Origin: Gemmatimonadota bacterium
Lineage (GTDB): Bacteria; Gemmatimonadota; Gemmatimonadetes; Gemmatimonadales; Gemmatimonadaceae
Direction of reading: 5' to 3'
Assembly: GCA_040389905.1 (NCBI GenBank)
Contig: JAZJZK010000012.1
Location: forward strand, 158,929-222,928
Length of the DNA stretch: 64,000 nucleotides
Part shown: piece after piece, positions 51,745-60,757 of the stretch
Layout of the letters: each line of letters begins with the position of its first letter
Numbering within the stretch: position 1 is the first letter of the stretch
Made by a program: the position numbers and the translations under genes
The notes under the pieces: generated by a model
Databases searched by the model: none
What the model saw: the letters and a program-made list of their open reading frames with translations, nothing else
Told to the model about the DNA's origin: nothing

Positions 51745-52515
51745 TCAGGCGGTCGCTGCGACGGCGCCGGGGACGCTGTCGTCATCGGCGGTCGGCCGAC
51801 CTTCGATGAACTGGCGCACGATCGGATCGGTCGTGTTGTGGATTTCGTCGATGGTGCCCGTCCAGCGCACCTTGCCCTCGTAGAGCATCGCGATGCGCGT
51901 CCCCACGGTGTAGGCGCTCCGCATGTCGTGCGTGATGACGACGCCGGTGACGCGGAGTTTTTCGCGCATTCGGACCATGAGCTGGTCGATGACGGCACTC
52001 GTCACGGGGTCGAGCCCCGTCGTCGGTTCGTCATAGAGGATGTACTTGGGCCGGAGTGCGATGGCGCGAGCGATGCCGACACGCTTACGCATGCCACCCG
52101 ACAGTTCCGCGGGGAATCGATCATTCACGCCCGGTAGGTCGACCAGATCGAGCGCCTCGTCGACCCGCTGCACGATTTCACGATCGTCGAGCTCACCCTG
52201 CTTCCGAAGACCCATCGCCACATTCTCTCCGATCGTGAAGGAGTCGAACAGCGCGGCGAACTGAAAGACATACCCGATCTTCGAGCGCAGCGCGTAGAGC
52301 TCGCGGCGTGGAAGATCGGGTACGTTCAGGCCGTCGACCCACACTTCGCCAGAATCGGGCTCCAACAGTCCGACGATGTGTTTGATGGCCACCGACTTCC
52401 CGGTTCCGGAATAGCCGATGATGACCATCGTCTCACCCTCGGGAACGTCGAGGGTGAAGCCATTCAGGACTTGCTTCGGGCCGAAGGCCTTGTGGACGTC
52501 CTTGAGCTGGATCAC
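51745..52515 (-). CDS. mlaF: MlaF/Mkl-like ABC transporter ATP-binding protein
   Basis: GYSGTGKS, FQFAALFDS, LSGGMRKR, YDEPTTGLDP, PIVRQF. Confidence 0.88.
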   Translation of the reverse strand: MIQLKDVHKAFGPKQVLNGFTLDVPEGETMVIIGYSGTGKSVAIKHIVGLLEPDSGEVWVDGLNVPDLPRRELYALRSKIGYVFQFAALFDSFTIGENVAMGLRKQGELDDREIVQRVDEALDLVDLPGVNDRFPAELSGGMRKRVGIARAIALRPKYILYDEPTTGLDPVTSAVIDQLMVRMREKLRVTGVVITHDMRSAYTVGTRIAMLYEGKVRWTGTIDEIHNTTDPIVRQFIEGRPTADDDSVPGAVAATA

Positions 52516-52533
52516 ACGTCAGGGGGACAGGGG

Positions 52534-52558
52534 ACTAGGTGCTAGGTGCTAGGTGCTA
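52534..52558. repeat. 7-bp tandem repeat (CTAGGTG)x3
   Basis: CTAGGTGCTAGGTGCTAGGTGCTA directly upstream of mlaF. Confidence 0.7.
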
Positions 52559-52735
52559 CGAAGCAGGACTCGCGCCTGACAGCAGAAAAGTGATACGCGC
52601 GCGACGGCGCGACCAGTCCTTGCCAATCACGACGGAGGTCTACCTGCGTGACGGCGACGGGAGCGTAAGCATTCTCAGATTCGCTTGGGAACCCGCTGTT
52701 TGGTGTCCCTCTCATTGAGCACGAGCACAGAAGGA

Positions 52736-52750
52736 TGGCTCACCGATCGC
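52736..52750 (+). promoter_or_regulatory. possible sigma-54 promoter
   Basis: TGGCTC-ACCGA-TCGC has GG/GC in -24/-12 spacing, 40 bp before a PEP-CTERM gene. Confidence 0.3.
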
Positions 52751-52790
52751 GCCACCTGCCCGTACCCTCCCATTCGTCCAGGACCACACC

Positions 52791-53426
52791 ATGAAGTTGC
52801 AAATCGCCGCTGCTGCTGTTCTCATCGCCAGCTCGATCCGGGCGGATGCGCAGGTTGTGCATACTTCGTCGTTCATCTCCGGCGGGTATTTCAATGATTT
52901 CGAGACGATGCCGAATGCGATCCCGTCGTATACAGCGTACAGCAAAGGCGGCATCACAGCGATGTACATTGGCGTCGCGTCCGATGGGGTTCAGTCCACG
53001 TATCTCCACAATGGCACGCGTGGCTGGTACCCCGGCGGCGATGTTCGCGGCTACACGAGCCTCACGCTGACCGGCGGAGGAACCTTCAGCGATGTCGAGT
53101 TCGCGGCGGGAGATGGATGGGGCGGCGGATCGTCATTGTTTTACCAGATGCTGCTGTCCGGGAACGTCGTCGCCACTGGATTGGCCACCAACCTGCCGGC
53201 CGGGCTTTCCACCGTAGGGTTCTCCGGCGTCACAATGGATGAGTTGCGCGTGCAGAGCGGCTTCATGACGCAATTCGCGCCCACGAATGACGAAGCGCTC
53301 GCCCTTGACGATGTGCATATCGCCGGCGATTCCACACCGACGCCGGAGCCCGCGACCCTTGGATTGCTGTCGTTGGGTCTTGCGGCGGTGGCATTCACAC
53401 GGAGGCACAAGCGCACCACCAGATAA
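52791..53426 (+). CDS. PEP-CTERM sorting domain protein
   Basis: signal peptide; TPEPATLGLLSLGLAAVAFTRRHKR. Confidence 0.92.
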   Translation: MKLQIAAAAVLIASSIRADAQVVHTSSFISGGYFNDFETMPNAIPSYTAYSKGGITAMYIGVASDGVQSTYLHNGTRGWYPGGDVRGYTSLTLTGGGTFSDVEFAAGDGWGGGSSLFYQMLLSGNVVATGLATNLPAGLSTVGFSGVTMDELRVQSGFMTQFAPTNDEALALDDVHIAGDSTPTPEPATLGLLSLGLAAVAFTRRHKRTTR

Positions 53427-53444
53427 CTCGCGGAACTATACGAA

Positions 53445-53472
53445 ACGAGCGGCCCTCTCAGGCCGCTCGTTC
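53445..53472. terminator. hairpin between convergent genes
   Basis: AACGAGCGGCC-CTCTCA-GGCCGCTCGTT. Confidence 0.7.
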
Positions 53473-53493
53473 GCTTGAATCGACTTCGTCTTC

Positions 53494-54387
53494 TTACGCC
53501 GCGAAGCTTCCGAGGGCACGTCCGACGTCGCCTTCACGAAGGCGCTTGAGCGCACGGTCGCGCAGCTGGCGGACTCGCTCACGAGTGACGCCGAGCATGC
53601 TGCCGATTTCCTCGAGCGTGTGTTCGCGTCCGCCTTCGAGACCGAAGTAGAGACGCAGCACCTTCGCGTCGCGCGGCGGCAACGTGGAGAGCGCCTGTTC
53701 GATCTCATCGGTGAGGAAGCGGTTCATTGCCTCTTCTTCCGTGTCCGGCATCTCGTCCGCGACGAAGCGCTCGATGAGTGAGCGATCGCCTTCGGGATCC
53801 ATCGGCGCGTCGAGGCGCACGTCGCTCGTATTGAGCGCCGCGAGCGACTGCACGACATCGACCGACAGGCCCGTGAGAATGCTGAGCTCTTCCGGGCTCG
53901 GCTCACGGTTGAGCTTCTGCCGGAGGATTTCGCTCGCCTTGATGATGCGCGAGAGATCCGCGGTGCGGTTGAGGGGAACGCGCACGGTGCGGCCCTGACG
54001 CGCGAGCGCGGACAGGATGGCCTGCCGAATCCACCACACGGCGTACGAGATGAACTTCACGCCCTGGTCCGGATCGAATTTCCGGGCAGCCGTGAGGAGA
54101 CCGACGTTGCCTTCACCGATGAGATCGATGAGGGGGAGTCCGCGGTTCTGGTATTTCTTGGCGACGGAGATGACGAAGCGCAGGTTGCGCTTCACGAGCT
54201 CCTGAAGCGCGTCCTGATCGCCCGCGCGAATTTTCTTCGCGAGGTCGATTTCCTCCGTCCCCTTGAGGAGGGGATACGTGGAGACTTCGTAGAGATACTG
54301 GTCCAGGATATCGCGCTCTGGTTCGTTGGGCGCGATGCCCGCGGGCGCCGCGCGACGACGGCGAACCGGCTTTTTGACTTCGGTCAT
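53494..54387 (-). CDS. RNA polymerase sigma-70 factor, RpoD/SigA family (no region 1.1)
   Basis: NLRFVISVAKKY, KFISYAVWWIRQ, TLEEIG...VTRERVRQ. Confidence 0.95.
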   Translation of the reverse strand: MTEVKKPVRRRRAAPAGIAPNEPERDILDQYLYEVSTYPLLKGTEEIDLAKKIRAGDQDALQELVKRNLRFVISVAKKYQNRGLPLIDLIGEGNVGLLTAARKFDPDQGVKFISYAVWWIRQAILSALARQGRTVRVPLNRTADLSRIIKASEILRQKLNREPSPEELSILTGLSVDVVQSLAALNTSDVRLDAPMDPEGDRSLIERFVADEMPDTEEEAMNRFLTDEIEQALSTLPPRDAKVLRLYFGLEGGREHTLEEIGSMLGVTRERVRQLRDRALKRLREGDVGRALGSFAA

Positions 54388-54637
54388 GATTGCCTCGTAC
54401 AGGTCCTACGCGTGAGAGTAGGCATCTATGAGCTGCGACAGCCGGACTGTTGCCACCGAATTCCGAAACGAGTACGGGTCGAACGGCGTCGCTGAGCTAC
54501 GTAAAGAAAGTTGTATCGCTGGTGACAGGATGCGGTAACCAAAATCACTCTCACTGGCGCATTTTTGCACTCGGAGGACAAACGATCCGAGGTTGGTGCA
54601 AATTACCGGCCTACTGGGATTCCGCTAGGGCCGTTTG

Positions 54638-54666
54638 TTGACATCACATATACCCGCGGCTATATA
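54638..54666 (+). promoter_or_regulatory. sigma-70 promoter upstream of the tRNA cluster
   Basis: TTGACA-17 bp-TATATA. Confidence 0.5.
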
Positions 54667-54756
54667 TGGTGGTTCCTGCGGGAACGTGTGTTTGGACAAT
54701 GAGTTAGCTCTCCTGCGGGGTTTTTTCGGACGTTTTGACGAGTAGATTGCTGGCCC

Positions 54757-54829
<73 letters not shown>

Positions 54830-54848
54830 CTGGGCGAGAAAGAGAAGT

Positions 54849-54921
54849 GCGGGAATAGCTCAGTTGGTAGAGCACAACCTTGCCAAGGTTGGGGTCGCGG
54901 GTTCGAGTCCCGTTTCCCGCT
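54849..54921 (+). tRNA. tRNA-Gly(GCC)
   Basis: anticodon arm CAACC-TTGCCAA-GGTTG. Confidence 0.97.
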
Positions 54922-54936
54922 CTGGAATAGCAGGAT

Positions 54937-55010
54937 GGGCGGTTAGCTCAGTTGGTTAGAGCGCCACGTTGACATCGTGGAGGTCACAAGTTCGAGTCTT
55001 GTACCGCTCA
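54937..55010 (+). tRNA. tRNA-Val(GAC)
   Basis: anticodon arm CCACG-TTGACAT-CGTGG. Confidence 0.97.
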
Positions 55011-55019
55011 TTTAGGTTG

Positions 55020-55050
55020 CCCTCGGCCTTGTGCCGAGGGTTTTGTTTTC
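55020..55050 (+). terminator. intrinsic terminator
   Basis: CCCTCGGC-CTTGT-GCCGAGGG-TTTTGTTTT. Confidence 0.8.
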
Positions 55051-55191
55051 TGGTCGTTGAATGGATGTTTTGCAGCGCACGAATCATGCTCACCTGAGGG
55101 CTGCGCGGGTTGACTGGCGATGTGGTGGGGCGTATTTTTCCGGTCTGCATTCGATGGACGTTGGTGAATGCAGGCCGTCGTAATTCTTTGC

Positions 55192-55265
55192 GCGCTTGTA
55201 GCTCAATTGGATAGAGCATCTGACTACGGATCAGAAGGTTGGGGATTCGAGTTCCTCCAGGCGCA
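55192..55265 (+). tRNA. tRNA-Arg(ACG), copy 1
   Basis: anticodon arm TCTGA-CTACGGA-TCAGA. Confidence 0.93.
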
Positions 55266-55287
55266 TGGGCGGTACGGAGTTGTTCGG

Positions 55288-55364
55288 CGGGGCGTAGCGT
55301 AGCCCGGTAGCGCGCCTGCTTCGGGAGCAGGAGGTCGCTGGTTCAAATCCAGTCGCCCCGACCA
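55288..55364 (+). tRNA. tRNA-Pro(CGG), copy 1
   Basis: anticodon arm CCTGC-TTCGGGA-GCAGG; encoded CCA. Confidence 0.96.
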
Positions 55365-55390
55365 TTGTAAGTACAGTAGTAGTAATAGGT

Positions 55391-55431
55391 TGAGAAACCC
55401 CCTGTCTGCCAAAGCGACAGGGGGTTTCTCA
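55391..55431. terminator. hairpin after tRNA-Pro copy 1
   Basis: TGAGAAACCCCCTGTC...GACAGGGGGTTTCTCA. Confidence 0.7.
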
Positions 55432-55574
55432 GTTGCATATTTTCGCGTTGCTCGGACGGGCACTAGCAAGGCACTCTAGTGTATTGCTGGCGGCGGCATT
55501 TCTTTTCGATAAGTTTCTCGACCTTGCGCTGAACCTGATGAGTCTTTCGATCCCGACATCCGACGCTATACACA

Positions 55575-56303
55575 ATGCCCTGGATCGCCCAACATCTGCG
55601 CCTGACGGCGTTTTACGAGCCTGATGCGTCGCGCGAGGAGCTTCCGAAGTGGGCGAGTCTCACTGGAAGCGATCCCGAGAACGAAGCGAGATCGGGTAAT
55701 CTCGCGCAGGCCGATGGCTCCTACGCCAGCGGCCGCTTGGCACTTGGAACGGTCGCGACTGAGCGAGCGGACCTATTGTACGGACCAGCAATAGCCACGC
55801 TCCAACAAGAAGCCGACTATCCGCCGAGCATTGGAAGTTTTGATACCGCTATTCAACCGTTCAATACTGTGGCCCGCCGATTTCTACAATCGCCGGCAAA
55901 GGTCCTGCGGATTGCATTCGGCGTGTCCTTGCTGTCACCAACTTCTGACCGCGACGCAAGCTACGCCGAGGTCGTGCGTCTGATTCGGACCGTCGCGTTT
56001 GACTTGTCAGGTGCGCGAGACTTCACGTATCAAATCAACAGACCAAGACGATCACTAACTGTCGAAGGACTTGAAATAAATCGCCTTGCAAAGTGGGCCG
56101 CCGTACGAATTTCGGTGATGACCACCGATGTCGTGAACGGCGTGTCGACGCGGACGCCAGAGAGTCACGGTGTCCGTCTCGAACTCGACATCAACACTGA
56201 CGCCAATAGGACTGATCCCCTTTCTCACGATCACCTTTCAAGTCTTTTCGATGAACTCACAGGACTCGCTCCCGAGATTCGCGATCATGGAGACATTCCG
56301 TGA
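55575..56303 (+). CDS. hypothetical protein, TIGR04255-like
   Basis: LRLTAF...LRIAFG...DFTYQINRPR...RLELDINT pattern. Confidence 0.55.
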   Translation: MPWIAQHLRLTAFYEPDASREELPKWASLTGSDPENEARSGNLAQADGSYASGRLALGTVATERADLLYGPAIATLQQEADYPPSIGSFDTAIQPFNTVARRFLQSPAKVLRIAFGVSLLSPTSDRDASYAEVVRLIRTVAFDLSGARDFTYQINRPRRSLTVEGLEINRLAKWAAVRISVMTTDVVNGVSTRTPESHGVRLELDINTDANRTDPLSHDHLSSLFDELTGLAPEIRDHGDIP

Positions 56304-57166
56304 GGACGGTGCGCAGACCGTACATTCATCCAATGAGTCACTACCCTAATAGTGGGAACTGGGGCGGGTTATGTATCGAACCGGCAGATCGCGACTCCAC
56401 TTCCTTGGTTACTGACGCGTCGTGGACGACCATCGCGGGTGGGACGGCTCATCCAAAAAGCGCCGACGTCGGCTTGCTCTACGCCGACAACTGGAGCGAG
56501 CACAGAAACTGGGCTACTGACGTACTTCCTCAGTGCCAGACACACCGGCGGGGACGGGTTGCTTCCACGTGGGCGGCAGCAGCATTTGCAGTGTCAACGA
56601 GCAGCGCTGACTTCTCGCTTATTCAGAATCGCACAGATCCCTCAGAGGCTTGGTATGGGTTCTCGTCCGGCACCAGCTGCCGTGCGGTAGACCTCACCGA
56701 GAGTTCGACGCTCTTGCTGGCACGTTTTGCGACCCCGTCCGAAATCTCGAAAGAACTTTCGGTGATGGTCGCGCGGTCGCAATTCGATGACTTTGAGTTT
56801 GGTGTTGAAAGCAGATTCGAGCGGACCTTCAGCGAGTTTCTTCGGCGCTATGGAGTGGTAGCTCAAGATGCTTCCGTTCGATGGATCGCCGCGAACGCGG
56901 ACAAGAACAGCCCGGTCGCCGTACGCATGGTCCTGGTCTTGGGTGGGGAACGGGAAGGGGTGTCGTCCGAAGGGCGTTACCACCTGCTCACGTGGCTCCT
57001 CCAGAGTTCCTCCGCTGCCGTTCGCGATGCCGCGGCAAGAACCCTTTTCCGCGTACCGGACCCGCGAGTGCGCGAGGCTCTCAAAACGGCCGCTGAACAA
57101 GAAAGCAATTCGCGCGTCAAGCGCTTTATCTCACAATTGGCGGATCGGATCACGGCCGACCTGTGA
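56300..57166 (+). CDS. hypothetical protein with C-terminal HEAT-like repeats
   Basis: disordered N-half; SSSAAVRDAAARTL and AAEQESNSRVKR; GTGA overlap. Confidence 0.65.
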   Translation: MRTVRRPYIHPMSHYPNSGNWGGLCIEPADRDSTSLVTDASWTTIAGGTAHPKSADVGLLYADNWSEHRNWATDVLPQCQTHRRGRVASTWAAAAFAVSTSSADFSLIQNRTDPSEAWYGFSSGTSCRAVDLTESSTLLLARFATPSEISKELSVMVARSQFDDFEFGVESRFERTFSEFLRRYGVVAQDASVRWIAANADKNSPVAVRMVLVLGGEREGVSSEGRYHLLTWLLQSSSAAVRDAAARTLFRVPDPRVREALKTAAEQESNSRVKRFISQLADRITADL

Positions 57167-57666
57167 CGCTCTATTTTCGGCGCATTGAGCCGGAGTACTG
57201 GCTAGATGATCCCCCGGCTTGGCTCGACCCTGATGACGTTGAAGGTCGCCAGATTTCGGACCTCAGTTATCGTATGAAAACAAATACGATCTCGGTCTAC
57301 GCGCTTCCCGACGCAGGCGCATCAACGCTTACGCGCGTCTGCGCCGCAATGGTAGCAACAAGACAACGAGTTGAAGATATTACCTACTTTGTCTTCGATG
57401 ATGCGCTGTTGCAACGCGCTTCGGTACAGATCGATAAGACGGTAGGTGCAACGGGCGACCCGGCAGTCGATGAGTGGCACCGAGACCTTGTGAGAATCGC
57501 CGGTACTTCGTTAGTCCGCCTCGCGCGGGAGTTGCGGAACTGTGATGCGTTGCGCACCCTCAAAGAGGATATTGAGTCTGAGCTGGTCTTCGCACTCGGA
57601 ACGGAGAAACGATATCCGCATCCGCCTCAAATCGCCGCGCACCTTAGGAAGAAAGCACTAATCTGA
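57163..57666 (+). CDS. hypothetical protein, possibly ART/RES-like fold
   Basis: YFRRI...NTISVY...TGDPAVDEWHRDL; GTGA overlap. Confidence 0.55.
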   Translation: MTLYFRRIEPEYWLDDPPAWLDPDDVEGRQISDLSYRMKTNTISVYALPDAGASTLTRVCAAMVATRQRVEDITYFVFDDALLQRASVQIDKTVGATGDPAVDEWHRDLVRIAGTSLVRLARELRNCDALRTLKEDIESELVFALGTEKRYPHPPQIAAHLRKKALI

Positions 57667-57770
57667 ACGACGTACCTTCGGCGAAGTTTGATTCGCGGTC
57701 GGGACTATAAATTTCCTCACGCCGCGTCAATCGATGACGTTGTCTCGTGCGGGCCGTCGTAATTCTTTGC

Positions 57771-57844
57771 GCGCTTGTAGCTCAATTGGATAGAGCATCT
57801 GACTACGGATCAGAAGGTTGGGGATTCGAGTTCCTCCAGGCGCA
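57771..57844 (+). tRNA. tRNA-Arg(ACG), copy 2
   Basis: identical to copy 1. Confidence 0.93.
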
Positions 57845-57866
57845 TGGGCGGTACGGAGTTGTTCGG

Positions 57867-57943
57867 CGGGGCGTAGCGTAGCCCGGTAGCGCGCCTGCTT
57901 CGGGAGCAGGAGGTCGCCGGTTCAAATCCGGCCGCCCCGACCA
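57867..57943 (+). tRNA. tRNA-Pro(CGG), copy 2
   Basis: T-stem GCCGG/CCGGC instead of GCTGG/CCAGT. Confidence 0.96.
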
Positions 57944-58024
57944 TTGTTGAGACCCCTTGTGCACGAGGCTTACCCCTCGAGGCACAAGGGGTTTTGTCTT
58001 TGTACCCCGCCGGCGCGTAATCGG

Positions 58025-58090
58025 TTGTGGCCCCCAAAAAACCGTCCGGGGCCACAACGGGGCCACAAGAACGACTTCCCTTGTGGCCCC
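58025..58090. promoter_or_regulatory. four GGGGCCACAA boxes, candidate integrase arm sites
   Basis: direct copies at 58048 and 58059; inverted copies at 58025 and 58081. Confidence 0.6.
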
Positions 58091-58151
58091 GACCTCCGGG
58101 GGCACGACAGTACCCTCATAGTTGGTCGAACGCAAGCCCACTAGGCGTTAC

Positions 58152-58508
58152 ATGCGAGGTGTGCCTCGACGAACTCCTCGCCCTGCCCCACCCGATACCC
58201 CGACGTCTACCGCTCGGGTGAGCAGCCTGCCAGCGCGCGCCGAGACAGCGTCGACGAGAGGCAGTTCCAAACGCGCCGAGCATGATCGGGTGGTCCTAGG
58301 GGCAGTGCTGCGGTCCTTTCGCGAGTCCCGGGAACTCACGCAGGAGCGGCTGGCTTTCGCCGCCAAGCTCACCAAGAACTACGTGAGCGACGTGGAAGGC
58401 GCGCGACGAAATCCAACAATGCGCGTTGTTACTCAACTACTCGACGCCCTGGGAGTTAGCTGGGATGACTTCGGGCGAGCGTACGAAAAGGCGCGCGGGC
58501 CGGTGTGA
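58152..58508 (+). CDS. XRE-family HTH regulator
   Basis: LRSFRESRELTQERLA...YVSDVEGARRNPT; start uncertain. Confidence 0.85.
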   Translation: MRGVPRRTPRPAPPDTPTSTARVSSLPARAETASTRGSSKRAEHDRVVLGAVLRSFRESRELTQERLAFAAKLTKNYVSDVEGARRNPTMRVVTQLLDALGVSWDDFGRAYEKARGPV

Positions 58509-58573
58509 CGGCGATGCGTGATTACGCGTGACGCATGCGAATGGCCGGGACAGGGACTCCGTCGCGGGACACG

Positions 58574-59422
58574 TCACTCGTCCTCGTCGTCGTCCAGCGC
58601 TCTCGCCCAGATGAGAGAAAGCACCTGAGACTGAGACGGAATCGCGCACGCGCTCTCGAACGTTTCAATGCCGTCAAACGATTGGTACGGTCGGGGTTCA
58701 AGCCATTCGGCAGTCGTGACGCGTTCGGCGTTTTGCGTTGGTGATTCCCCGCGGTAGATGGCTGCCGCGACCGAGTTCCGTCCAACGGCTTGTCCGCGCT
58801 CCGGAATCCAGAAAGCCATCGTGTCCGATTTGGCCACCCATTCCACGGCTCCTGCTCTTGACATCACGAGAGCGCATTGCTCGCGGGTCGTTTGAATCAG
58901 GCGCCAAGCCGCCGCCGTGCGCGACACTTGGTACATCTCAGCGGCAGCCAGGAAGTCGACGGTTTCGAAGCTGATTGGTCGATGCTTAGCGTCCGCCGAA
59001 AAAAGTGCGCGGGGCATAAGCAGCTCCGCGGCAAAATCATTGGCCTCCCACTCGAGCTTTTTGCTGTCCGTCGACCGCGCGCGAAGGTCTGCATCCGCGC
59101 ACGCCAGCGCTGGACCAGCGTCCGCATGCGAGGGGATGAAATAATGCCCGATCTCGTGCGCGAGAGAAAAACGACGCCGTTCCGGTGACTGGTTGGCAGC
59201 CATCATGATGCCGCCGCCACCGCCTCTCAGCCGAAGGAGAACGGCCGCGTACCCGGGGTCGTCCGACCGGGAAGTGACGACCTCCAAATCCGCTTCTTCC
59301 AGGATTCCATCGAGATTGCACGCGCGCGTCTCGAGGAGGTCTCGCGACCGTCGGAAGAGCTGCGCGATCTCGCGGCCACGCGTGCTCGGACTCGTTGACT
59401 TTGCAGCCAATCGACCGGTCAT
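58574..59422 (-). CDS. ImmA/IrrE family metallopeptidase
   Basis: RRRFSLAHEIGHY, EWEANDFAAELLMP, VSRTAAAWRL. Confidence 0.92.
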   Translation of the reverse strand: MTGRLAAKSTSPSTRGREIAQLFRRSRDLLETRACNLDGILEEADLEVVTSRSDDPGYAAVLLRLRGGGGGIMMAANQSPERRRFSLAHEIGHYFIPSHADAGPALACADADLRARSTDSKKLEWEANDFAAELLMPRALFSADAKHRPISFETVDFLAAAEMYQVSRTAAAWRLIQTTREQCALVMSRAGAVEWVAKSDTMAFWIPERGQAVGRNSVAAAIYRGESPTQNAERVTTAEWLEPRPYQSFDGIETFESACAIPSQSQVLSLIWARALDDDEDE

Positions 59423-59425
59423 TGG

Positions 59426-59758
59426 CTACTTGGAATCTCGACCCTTCGTCGCACTCTTCGCGCGAAGGTAGTCAGCGAACTGCTCGAGCTCGCGCTTGGC
59501 CTTCTCATCCAAGCCGCGGTACTGCCGAAATAGCGCGTGTTCGCTCTCCGTCAGCCCCTCTACTTCGCCTCCAACGAGGTATGCGGGCGTGAGATGCATC
59601 GCTTCAGCGAGCTGACGAATCGTTTCGTACGAGGGGTTGCGATCTCCCGCTTCGATCTGCGAAATCGCGGACTGCGACAACCCCACCGCTCTCGCTAACG
59701 ACGACTGTGTGAAGCCGGAATCCTCGCGTACCCGTGCGAGTCGCTTCCCAAATCCCAT
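59426..59758 (-). CDS. XRE-family HTH regulator
   Basis: FGKRLARVRE...TQSSLARAVGLSQSAISQIEAGDRNPS; GGAG RBS. Confidence 0.92.
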   Translation of the reverse strand: MGFGKRLARVREDSGFTQSSLARAVGLSQSAISQIEAGDRNPSYETIRQLAEAMHLTPAYLVGGEVEGLTESEHALFRQYRGLDEKAKRELEQFADYLRAKSATKGRDSK

Positions 59759-59793
59759 GGTTTCTCCAGGAGAAGTTCCTACGTCGAATACGG

Positions 59794-59822
59794 TTGACAT
59801 CTATCACTATTCGTTCTAGCTT
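59794..59822 (+). promoter_or_regulatory. sigma-70 promoter for the DUF3892 operon
   Basis: TTGACA-17 bp-TAGCTT in the divergent gap. Confidence 0.6.
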
Positions 59823-59878
59823 GGTTATAGAGGTTATCGCTTTTAAGCCTAGACGGCAACACGCCTGACGAGGGAACC

Positions 59879-60166
59879 ATGCCTGACTGCCAGATCACTT
59901 GCATCTCGAAGCCTCACCCGCAGAGTCCGCATGAGCACATCACGCACGTCGGCAATCCTGCAGGCAACTGGATCTGGACGCGTGAAGCCGTGGTCAAGAG
60001 CATCGACGAAAAGTCCAACACCTTTTTCGTCGTCGATCCAAACACTGGAAGGCGCTCAAACGTCGGTGTCGTACGGCCAAGTGGTCACGCGGCCTATCTG
60101 CGCACCTACGCTGACGGCGATTGGAATAACAATCTGTTGTCGCTCAACCAGTGCCCTCTACGCTGA
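59879..60166 (+). CDS. DUF3892 family protein
   Basis: ITCISK...HEHITHVG...YLRTYADGDWNNNLLSL..C. Confidence 0.88.
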   Translation: MPDCQITCISKPHPQSPHEHITHVGNPAGNWIWTREAVVKSIDEKSNTFFVVDPNTGRRSNVGVVRPSGHAAYLRTYADGDWNNNLLSLNQCPLR

Positions 60167-60202
60167 GCAGTCACCGCATCCTCAACAGACCCAAGGATCG
60201 CA

Positions 60203-60490
60203 ATGACCACTTTCGATGTCGCTCACATTCTGGAGCAGGGTCAGAATATGATCATCGTGCCCATGCGCAGCGACTTCAGGCACAAGTCAGACTCTGACCA
60301 GGCGAGCATTTCCATCGCACTGCAGACTGCGGCCAGATCCGCCGGACTTGCCGGTCAGGTCGTCACGGTGTGGGACGCCGGAAGTGGTCGGATGGGTTTC
60401 CGTGGACCGAAGCCATGGCACGGCTTTCTGGGCAGCATCAGCCTGCAGTGGGTAGCCGCCAACATCAACAAGCGCATCACGATCAACTAA
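60203..60490 (+). CDS. small hypothetical protein
   Basis: AAGGA RBS; EQGQNMIIVP...AGLAG.VV.VW...PWHGFL. Confidence 0.8.
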   Translation: MTTFDVAHILEQGQNMIIVPMRSDFRHKSDSDQASISIALQTAARSAGLAGQVVTVWDAGSGRMGFRGPKPWHGFLGSISLQWVAANINKRITIN

Positions 60491-60513
60491 CCGAAAATCG
60501 GAAGGTAAAAACA

Positions 60514-60714
60514 ATGCCGCTTGGAACGCATTCACGCACCGATCAAGGGACCTTCCGCCGGGAGCGCGGCGATTCGCTCGCGCGAAACCTGAAAGAGGAC
60601 TACCCGGAGTTCTCCCGAGTGCCCGGGAATACACGCCTCGATGCGCTTCGCGACCGTTTTGGCGTCGACTCCATCAATGCGGTACGGCAGGAGTTGCGGA
60701 AGCTGGACAAGTAG
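60514..60714 (+). CDS. small basic hypothetical protein
   Basis: GAAGG RBS; RTDQGTFRRERGDSL...NTRLDALR. Confidence 0.72.
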   Translation: MPLGTHSRTDQGTFRRERGDSLARNLKEDYPEFSRVPGNTRLDALRDRFGVDSINAVRQELRKLDK

Positions 60715-60757
60715 CGCTCGGGGCCCGTATCGCTTGATGCGCGGACTCCTGGCTCAG

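Larger units (their letters stand above)
55173..55368 (+). repeat. 196-bp direct repeat copy 1 (tRNA-Arg/Pro pair); copy 2 at 57752-57947
   Basis: offset 2,579; differences seen only in the tRNA-Pro T-stem. Confidence 0.95.
57752..57947 (+). repeat. 196-bp direct repeat copy 2
   Basis: matches 55173-55368. Confidence 0.95.

Noticed and set aside
50039..52137. Plus-strand ORFs of 447 and 391 aa
   Set aside because: Overlap well-supported genes in other frames; Arg/Ala-rich shadow composition
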